Below, piece after piece: positions 53,501 through 64,000 of a stretch of 64,000 nucleotides of DNA. The DNA comes from Macrostomum lignano. Its lineage: Eukaryota. Every line of letters begins with the position of its first letter. Position 1 is the stretch's first letter. The position numbers and the translations under genes were made by a program. Under the pieces are notes generated by a model that made no database searches, had not been told where the DNA came from, and saw only the letters and a program-made list of their open reading frames with translations. The stretch covers positions 124,001 through 188,000 of the forward strand of contig NIVC01001685.1 of assembly GCA_002269645.1 (NCBI GenBank). The letters are read 5' to 3'.

Positions 53501-56500
53501 ACACGGGAGAGTTACAGAGATGAGACACGGAGAGTTACAGAGATGAGACACGGGACAGTTGTAGAGATGAGACACGGGAGAGTTAGAGATGAGACACGGG
53601 AGAGTTACAGAGATGAGACACGGGAGAGTTACAGAGATGAGACACGGAGAGTTAGAGATGAGACACGGGAGAGTTACAGAGATGAGACACGGAGAGTTAC
53701 AGAGATGAGACACGGGAGAGTTAGAGATGAGACACGGGAGAGTTACAGAGATGAGACACGGAGAGTTACAGAGATGAGACACGGAGAGTTACAGAGATGA
53801 GACACGGGAGAGTTACAGAGATGAGACACGGGAGAGTTACAGAGATGAGACACGGGAGAGTTACAGAGATGAGACACGGGAGAGTTACAGAGATGAGACA
53901 CGGGAGAGTTACAGAGATGAGACACGGAGAGTTACAGAGATGAGACACGGGAGTTACAGAGATGAGACACGGAGAGTTACAGAGATGAGACACGGAGAGT
54001 TACAGAGATGAGACACGGAGAGTTACAGAGATGAGACACGGAGAGTTACAGAGATGAGACACGGGAGAGTTACAGAGATGAGACACGGAGAGTTACAGAG
54101 ATGAGACACGGGAGTTACAGAGATGAGACACGGGAGAGTTACAGAGATGAGACACGGGAGAGTTACAGAGATGAGACACGGGAGAGTTACAGAGATGAGA
54201 CACGGGAGAGTTACAGAGATGAGACACGGGAGAGTTACAGAGATGAGACACGGGAGAGTTACAGAGATGAGACACGGAGAGTTACAGAGATGAGACACGG
54301 GAGAGTTACAGAGATGAGACACGGGAGAGTTACAGAGATGAGACACGGAGAGTTACAGAGATGAGACACGGAGAGTTACAGAGATGAGACACGGGAGAGT
54401 TACAGAGATGAGACACGGAGAGTTACAGAGATGAGACACGGAGAGTTACAGAGATGAGACACGGAGAGTTACAGAGATGAGACACGGGAGAGTTACAGAG
54501 ATGAGACACGGAGAGTTACAGAGATGAGACACGGGAGAGTTACAGAGATGAGACACGGGAGAGTTACAGAGATGAGACACGGAGAGTTACAGAGATGAGA
54601 CACGGAGAGTTACAGAGATGAGACACGGAGAGTTACAGAGATGAGACACGGAGAGTTACAGAGATGAGACACGGAGAGTTACAGAGATGAGACACGGGAC
54701 AGTTACAGAGATGAGACACGGGAGAGTTACAGAGATGAGACACGGAGAGTTACAGAGATGAGACACGGAGAGTTACAGAGATGAGACACGGGAGAGTTAC
54801 AGAGATGAGACACGGGAGAGTTACAGAGATGAGACACGGAGAGTTACAGAGATGAGACACGGGAGAGTTACAGAGATGAGACACGGGAGAGTTACAGAGA
54901 TGAGACACGGGAGAGTTACAGAGATGAGACACGGGAGAGTTACAGAGATGAGACACGGAGAGTTACAGAGATGAGACACGGGAGAGTTACAGAGATGAGA
55001 CACGGGAGAGTTACAGAGATGAGACACGGAGAGTTACAGAGATGAGACACGGGAGAGTTACAGAGATGAGACACGGGAGAGTTACAGAGATGAGACACGG
55101 GAGAGTTACAGAGATGAGACACGGAGAGTTACAGAGATGAGACACGGAGAGTTACAGAGATGAGACACGGAGAGTTACAGAGATGAGACACGGAGAGTTA
55201 CAGAGATGAGACACGGAGAGTTACAGAGATGAGACACGGAGAGTTACAGAGATGAGACACGGAGAGTTACAGAGATGAGACACGGAGAGTTACAGAGATG
55301 AGACACGGAGAGTTACAGAGATGAGACACGGGAGAGTTACAGAGATGAGACACGGAGAGTTACAGAGATGAGACACGGAGAGTTACAGAGATGAGACACG
55401 GGAGAGTTACAGAGATGAGACACGGAGAGTTACAGAGATGAGACACGGGAGAGTTACAGAGATGAGACACGGGAGAGTTACAGAGATGAGACACGGGAGA
55501 GTTACAGAGATGAGACACGGAGAGTTACAGAGATGAGACACGGAGAGTTACAGAGATGAGACACGGAGAGTTACAGAGATGAGACACGGGAGAGTTACAG
55601 AGATGAGACACGGAGAGTTACAGAGATGAGACACGGGAGAGTTACAGAGATGAGACACGGGAGAGTTACAGAGATGAGACACGGGAGAGTTACAGAGATG
55701 AGACACGGGAGAGTTACAGAGATGAGACACGGAGAGTTACAGAGATGAGACACGGGAGTTACAGAGATGAGACACGGAGAGTTACAGAGATGAGACACGG
55801 AGAGTTACAGAGATGAGACACGGGAGAGTTACAGAGATGAGACACGGGAGAGTTACAGAGATGAGACACGGGAGAGTTACAGAGATGAGACACGGGAGTT
55901 ACAGAGATGAGACACGGAGAGTTACAGAGATGAGACACGGAGAGTTACAGAGATGAGACACGGGAGAGTTACAGAGATGAGACACGGAGAGTTACAGAGA
56001 TGAGACACGGAGAGTTACAGAGATGAGACACGGGAGAGTTACAGAGATGAGACACGGAGAGTTACAGAGATGAGACACGGAGAGTTACAGAGATGAGACA
56101 CGGGAGAGTTACAGAGATGAGACACGGAGAGTTACAGAGATGAGACACGGGAGAGTTACAGAGATGAGACACGGGAGAGTTACAGAGATGAGACACGGGA
56201 GAGTTACAGAGATGAGACACGGGAGAGTTACAGAGATGAGACACGGAGAGTTACAGAGATGAGACACGGGAGAGTTACAGAGATGAGACACGGAGAGTTA
56301 CAGAGATGAGACACGGGAGAGTTACAGAGATGAGACACGGAGAGTTACAGAGATGAGACACGGGAGAGTTACAGAGATGAGACACGGAGAGTTACAGAGA
56401 TGAGACACGGGAGTTACAGAGATGAGACACGGGAGAGTTACAGAGATGAGACACGGAGAGTTACAGAGATGAGACACGGAGAGTTACAGAGATGAGACAC

Positions 56501-59500
56501 GGAGAGTTACAGAGATGAGACACGGAGAGTTACAGAGATGAGACACGGAGAGTTACAGAGATGAGACACGGAGAGTTACAGAGATGAGACACGGAGAGTT
56601 ACAGAGATGAGACACGGAGAGTTACAGAGATGAGACACGGAGAGTTACAGAGATGAGACACGGAGAGTTACAGAGATGAGACACGGAGAGTTACAGAGAT
56701 GAGACACGGAGAGTTACAGAGATGAGACACGGAGAGTTACAGAGATGAGACACGGGAGAGTTACAGAGATGAGACACGGGAGAGTTACAGAGATGAGACA
56801 CGGAGAGTTACAGAGATGAGACACGGAGAGTTACAGAGATGAGACACGGAGAGTTACAGAGATGAGACACGGAGAGTTACAGAGATGAGACACGGGACAG
56901 AGATGAGACACGGGAGAGTTACAGAGATGAGACACGGAGAGTTACAGAGATGAGACACGGAGAGTTACAGAGATGAGACACGGGAGAGTTACAGAGATGA
57001 GACACGGAGAGTTACAGAGATGAGACACGGGAGAGTTACAGAGATGAGACACGGGAGAGTTACAGAGATGAGACACGGAGAGTTACAGAGATGAGACACG
57101 GAGAGTTACAGAGATGAGACACGGGAGAGTTACAGAGATGAGACACGGAGAGTTACAGAGATGAGACACGGGAGTTACAGAGATGAGACACGGGAGTTAC
57201 AGAGATGAGACACGGAGAGTTACAGAGATGAGACACGGGAGAGTTAGAGATGAGACACGGGAGAGTTACAGAGATGAGACACGGGAGAGTTACAGAGATG
57301 AGACACGGGAGAGTTAGAGATGAGACACGGGAGTTAGAGATGAGACACGGGAGAGTTACAGAGATGAGACACGGGAGAGTTACAGAGATGAGACACGGGA
57401 CAGTTAGAGATGAGACACGGGAGAGTTAGAGATGAGACACGGAGAGTTACAGAGATGAGACACGGGAGAGTTACAGAGATGAGACACGGGAGTTAGAGAT
57501 GAGACACGGGAGAGTTACAGAGATGAGACACGGGAGAGTTACAGAGATGAGACACGGGAGAGTTAGAGATGAGACACGGAGAGTTACAGAGATGAGACAC
57601 GGGAGAGTTACAGAGATGAGACACGGGAGAGTTACAGAGATGAGACACGGGAGAGTTACAGAGATGAGACACGGGAGAGTTACAGAGATGAGACACGGGA
57701 GAGTTACAGAGATGAGACACGGGAGAGTTACAGAGATGAGACACGGAGAGTTACAGAGATGAGACACGGGAGAGTTACAGAGATGAGACACGGGAGAGTT
57801 ACAGAGATGAGACACGGGAGAGTTACAGAGATGAGACACGGGAGAGTTACAGAGATGAGACACGGAGAGTTACAGAGATGAGACACGGGAGAGTTACAGA
57901 GATGAGACACGGAGAGTTACAGAGATGAGACACGGGAGAGTTACAGAGATGAGACACGGGAGAGTTACAGAGATGAGACACGGGAGAGTTACAGAGATGA
58001 GACACGGAGAGTTACAGAGATGAGACACGGGAGAGTTACAGAGATGAGACACGGAGAGTTACAGAGATGAGACACGGGAGAGTTACAGAGATGAGACACG
58101 GGAGAGTTACAGAGATGAGACACGGAGAGTTACAGAGATGAGACACGGGAGAGTTACAGAGATGAGACACGGAGAGTTACAGAGATGAGACACGGAGAGT
58201 TACAGAGATGAGACACGGAGAGTTACAGAGATGAGACACTGGAGAGTTACAGAGATGAGACACGGGAGAGTTACAGAGATGAGACACGGAGAGTTACAGA
58301 GATGAGACACGGAGAGTTACAGAGATGAGACACGGAGAGTTACAGAGATGAGACACGGAGAGTTACAGAGATGAGACACGGAGAGTTACAGAGATGAGAC
58401 ACGGAGAGTTACAGAGATGAGACACGGAGAGTTACAGAGATGAGACACTGGAGAGTTACAGAGATGAGACACGGGAGAGTTACAGAGATGAGACACGGAG
58501 AGTTACAGAGATGAGACACTGGAGAGTTACAGAGATGAGACACGGGACAGTTACAGAGATGAGACACTGGAGAGTTACAGAGATGAGACACGGGAGAGTT
58601 ACAGAGATGAGACACGGAGAGTTACAGAGATGAGACACGGAGAGTTACAGAGATGAGACACGGGAGAGTTACAGAGATGAGACACGGGAGAGTTACAGAG
58701 ATGAGACACGGAGAGTTACAGAGATGAGACACGGAGAGTTACAGAGATGAGACACGGAGAGTTACAGAGATGAGACACGGGAGAGTTACAGAGATGAGAC
58801 ACGGAGAGTTACAGAGATGAGACACGGGAGAGTTACAGAGATGAGACACGGAGAGTTACAGAGATGAGACACGGGAGAGTTACAGAGATGAGACACGGAG
58901 AGTTACAGAGATGAGACACGGGAGAGTTACAGAGATGAGACACGGGAGTTAGAGATGAGACACGGGAGAGTTACAGAGATGAGACACGGGAGAGTTACAG
59001 AGATGAGACACGGGAGAGTTAGAGATGAGACACGGGAGAGTTAGAGATGAGACACGGGAGTTAGAGATGAGACACGGGAGAGTTACAGAGATGAGACACG
59101 GGAGTTACAGAGATGAGACACGGAGAGTTAGAGATGAGACACGGGAGAGTTACAGAGATGAGACACGGAGAGTTACAGAGATGAGACACGGGAGAGTTAC
59201 AGAGATGAGACACGGAGAGTTACAGAGATGAGACACGGGAGAGTTACAGAGATGAGACACGGAGAGTTACAGAGATGAGACACGGGAGAGTTAGAGATGA
59301 GACACGGGACAGTTAGAGATGAGACACGGGAGAGTTACAGAGATGAGACACGGGAGTTACAGAGATGAGACACGGGAGAGTTACAGAGATGAGACACGGA
59401 GAGTTACAGAGATGAGACACGGGAGAGTTACAGAGATGAGACACGGGAGAGTTACAGAGATGAGACACGGGAGAGTTACAGAGATGAGACACGGGAGAGT

Positions 59501-62500
59501 TACAGAGATGAGACACGGGAGAGTTACAGAGATGAGACACGGGAGAGTTACAGAGATGAGACACGGGAGAGTTAGAGATGAGACACGGGACAGTTAGAGA
59601 TGAGACACGGGAGAGTTACAGAGATGAGACACGGGAGTTAGAGATGAGACACGGGAGGTTAGAGATGAGACACGGGAGAGTTACAGAGATGAGACACGGG
59701 AGAGTTACAGAGATGAGACACGGAGAGTTAGAGATGAGACACGGGAGAGTTACAGAGATGAGACACGGAGAGTTACAGAGATGAGACACGGGAGAGTTAC
59801 AGAGATGAGACACGGGAGAGTTACAGAGATGAGACACGGGAGAGTTAGAGATGAGACACGGGAGAGTTACAGAGATGAGACACGGGAGTTACAGAGATGA
59901 GACACGGGACAGTTAGAGATGAGACACGGGAGAGTTACAGAGATGAGACACGGGAGTTACAGAGATGAGACACGGAGAGTTACAGAGATGAGACACGGAG
60001 AGTTACAGAGATGAGACACGGGAGAGTTACAGAGATGAGACACGGGAGAGTTACAGAGATGAGACACGGGAGAGTTACAGAGATGAGACACGGGAGAGTT
60101 ACAGAGATGAGACACGGAGAGTTACAGAGATGAGACACTGGAGAGTTACAGAGATGAGACACGGGAGAGTTACAGAGATGAGACACGGAGAGTTACAGAG
60201 ATGAGACACGGAGAGTTACAGAGATGAGACACGGAGAGTTACAGAGATGAGACACGGAGAGTTACAGAGATGAGACACGGGAGAGTTAGAGATGAGACAC
60301 GGGAGAGTTACAGAGATGAGACACGGAGAGTTACAGAGATGAGACACTGGAGAGTTACAGAGATGAGACACGGAGAGTTACAGAGATGAGACACGGGAGA
60401 GTTACAGAGATGAGACACGGGAGAGTTACAGAGATGAGACACTGGAGAGTTACAGAGATGAGACACGGAGAGTTACAGAGATGAGACACGGGAGAGTTAC
60501 AGAGATGAGACACGGGAGAGTTACAGAGATGAGACACGGGAGAGTTACAGAGATGAGACACGGGAGAGTTACAGAGATGAGACACGGGAGAGTTACAGAG
60601 ATGAGACACGGGAGAGTTACAGAGATGAGACACGGGAGAGTTACAGAGATGAGACACGGAGAGTTACAGAGATGAGACACGGGAGAGTTACAGAGATGAG
60701 ACACGGGAGAGTTAGAGATGAGACACGGAGAGTTACAGAGATGAGACACGGGAGAGTTACAGAGATGAGACACGGGAGAGTTACAGAGATGAGACACGGG
60801 AGAGTTACAGAGATGAGACACGGGAGAGTTACAGAGATGAGACACGGGAGAGTTACAGAGATGAGACACGGGAGAGTTACAGAGATGAGACACGGGAGAG
60901 TTACAGAGATGAGACACGGAGAGTTACAGAGATGAGACACGGAGAGTTACAGAGATGAGACACGGAGAGTTACAGAGATGAGACACGGAGAGTTACAGAG
61001 ATGAGACACGGAGAGTTACAGAGATGAGACACGGGAGAGTTACAGAGATGAGACACGGGAGAGTTACAGAGATGAGACACGGGAGAGTTACAGAGATGAG
61101 ACACGGGAGAGTTACAGAGATGAGACACGGGAGAGTTACAGAGATGAGACACGGGAGAGTTACAGAGATGAGACACGGGAGAGTTACAGAGATGAGACAC
61201 GGGAGACACGTTACAGAGATGAGACACGGAGAGTTACAGAGATGAGACACTGGAGAGTTACAGAGATGAGACACGGGAGAGTTATAGAGATGAGACACGG
61301 GAGAGTTACAGAGATGAGACACGGAGAGTTACAGAGATGAGACACGGGACAGTTAGAGATGAGACACGGAGAGTTACAGAGATGAGACACGGGAGAGTTA
61401 CAGAGATGAGACACGGGAGTTAGAGATGAGACACGGAGAGTTACAGAGATGAGACACGGGAGAGTTACAGAGATGAGACACGGGAGAGTTACAGAGATGA
61501 GACACGGGACAGTTAGAGATGAGACACGGGAGAGTTAGAGATGAGACACGGGAGAGTTACAGAGATGAGACACGGGACAGTTAGAGATGAGACACGGGAG
61601 AGTTACAGAGATGAGACACGGGAGAGTTACAGAGATGAGACACGGGAGAGTTAGAGATGAGACACGGGAGAGTTACAGAGATGAGACACGGGAGAGTTAC
61701 AGAGATGAGACACGGAGAGTTACAGAGATGAGACACGGAGAGTTAGAGATGAGACACGGAGAGTTACAGAGATGAGACACGGAGAGTTACAGAGATGAGA
61801 CACGGAGAGTTACAGAGATGAGACACGGAGAGTTACAGAGATGAGACACGGGAGAGTTACAGAGATGAGACACGGGAGAGTTACAGAGATGAGACACGGA
61901 GAGTTACAGAGATGAGACACGGGAGAGTTACAGAGATGAGACACGGGAGAGTTACAGAGATGAGACACGGGAGAGTTACAGAGATGAGACACGGGAGAGT
62001 TACAGAGATGAGACACGGAGAGTTACAGAGATGAGACACGGGAGAGTTACAGAGATGAGACACGGGAGAGTTACAGAGATGAGACACGGAGAGTTACAGA
62101 GATGAGACACGGAGAGTTACAGAGATGAGACACGGAGAGTTACAGAGATGAGACACGGGAGAGTTACAGAGATGAGACACGGAGAGTTACAGAGATGAGA
62201 CACGGAGAGTTACAGAGATGAGACACGGGAGAGTTACAGAGATGAGACACGGGAGAGTTATAGAGATGAGACACGGGAGAGTTACAGAGATGAGACACGG
62301 AGAGTTACAGAGATGAGACACGGGAGAGTTATAGAGATGAGACACGGAGAGTTACAGAGATGAGACACGGGAGAGTTACAGAGATGAGACACGGGAGAGT
62401 TACAGAGATGAGACACGGAGAGTTACAGAGATGAGACACGGGACAGAGATGAGACACGGAGAGTTACAGAGATGAGACACGGAGAGTTACAGAGATGAGA

Positions 62501-64000
62501 CACGGAGAGTTACAGAGATGAGACACGGGAGAGTTACAGAGATGAGACACGGGAGAGTTACAGAGATGAGACACGGAGAGTTACAGAGATGAGACACGGG
62601 AGAGTTATAGAGATGAGACACTGGAGAGTTACAGAGATGAGACACGGGACAGTTAGAGATGAGACACGGGAGAGTTACAGAGATGAGACACGGAGAGTTA
62701 CAGAGATGAGACACGGGACAGTTGTAGAGATGAGACACGGGAGAGTTGCAGAGATGAGACACGGGAGAGTTACAGAGATGAGACACGGGACAGTTGTAGA
62801 GATGAGACACGGGACAGTTAGAGATGAGACACGGAGAGTTAGAGATGAGACACGGGAGAGTTACAGAGATGAGACACGGAGAGTTAGAGATGAGACACGG
62901 GACAGTTGTAGAGATGAGACACGGGAGAGTTACAGAGATGAGACACGGGAGAGTTACAGAGATGAGACACGGGAGTTAGAGATGAGACACGGGAGAGTTA
63001 CAGAGATGAGACACGGAGAGTTACAGAGATGAGACACGGGAGAGTTAGAGATGAGACACGGGAGAGTTGTAGAGATGAGACACGGGAGAGTTAGAGATGA
63101 GACACGGGAGAGTTACAGAGATGAGACACGGGACAGTTACAGAGATGAGACACGGAGAGTTACAGAGATGAGACACGGGAGAGTTACAGAGATGAGACAC
63201 GGGAGAGTTACAGAGATGAGACACGGGAGAGTTACAGAGATGAGACACGGAGAGTTACAGAGATGAGACACGGAGAGTTACAGAGATGAGACACGGAGAG
63301 TTACAGAGATGAGACACGGGAGAGTTACAGAGATGAGACACGGAGAGTTACAGAGATGAGACACGGGACAGTTATAGAGATGAGACACGGAGAGTTACAG
63401 AGATGAGACACGGGAGAGTTACAGAGATGAGACACGGAGAGTTACAGAGATGAGACACGGGAGAGTTACAGAGATGAGACACGGAGAGTTACAGAGATGA
63501 GACACGGAGAGTTACAGAGATGAGACACGGAGAGTTACAGAGATGAGACACGGGAGAGTTACAGAGATGAGACACGGGAGAGTTACAGAGATGAGACACT
63601 GGAGAGTTACAGAGATGAGACACGGAGAGTTACAGAGATGAGACACGGGAGAGTTACAGAGATGAGACACTGGAGAGTTACAGAGATGAGACACGGAGAG
63701 TTACAGAGATGAGACACGGAGAGTTACAGAGATGAGACACGGGAGAGTTACAGAGATGAGACACGGAGAGTTACAGAGATGAGACACTGGAGAGTTACAG
63801 AGATGAGACACGGGAGAGTTACAGAGATGAGACACTGGAGAGTTACAGAGATGAGACACGGAGAGTTACAGAGATGAGACACGGAGAGTTACAGAGATGA
63901 GACACGGGAGAGTTACAGAGATGAGACACGGAGAGTTACAGAGATGAGACACTGGAGAGTTACAGAGATGAGACACGGGAGAGTTACAGAGATGAGACAC
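23580..64000. repeat. >40-kb satellite array of the 24-bp unit AGAGATGAGACACGGGAGAGTTAC, continuing past the window end
   Basis: Uninterrupted tandem units. Proximal part (to ~28640) has substitution variants and 25/27-bp units; distal part is a mix of 24/23/22-bp units. All [24 protein letters not shown] and PCLISVTL ORFs derive from it. Confidence 0.98.

Noticed and set aside
23580-64000. CRISPR-like array
   Set aside because: No unique spacers, head-to-tail units only, eukaryotic context, no cas genes.

Overview
Eukaryotic, intron-containing, very repeat-rich DNA. The style (short GC-rich exons among GGCGCC-core minisatellites and GACA/GA microsatellites) resembles the flatworm Macrostomum, but the taxon is an inference. 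About 63% of the window (~23580-64000) is one tandem array of a 24-bp unit, AGAGATGAGACACGGGAGAGTTAC. Almost all ORFs in the supplied track are stop-free frames of tandem repeats, not genes. Real coding signal: (1) a + strand gene with exon 3288-3735 encoding a complete 6-Cys thyroglobulin type-1 (TY) domain plus the first half of a SEA domain. It splices in matching phase 2 across a 10.8-kb repeat-filled intron to exon 14556-14778, which the ORF track misses, rebuilding the SEA motif FR|RGSI. TY followed directly by SEA is the EpCAM/TROP2-type ectodomain arrangement. (2) A single-exon - strand gene (19639-18797): signal peptide, PAN/Apple domain and EPN-type C-type lectin domain, interrupted by one in-frame TGA at the start of the lectin domain. 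Also present: a full-length tRNA-derived SINE with a target-site duplication, GAA-loop hairpin clusters, and a satellite whose proximal 5 kb has nested higher-order repeats while its distal 35 kb shows a probable consensus/polishing artefact.
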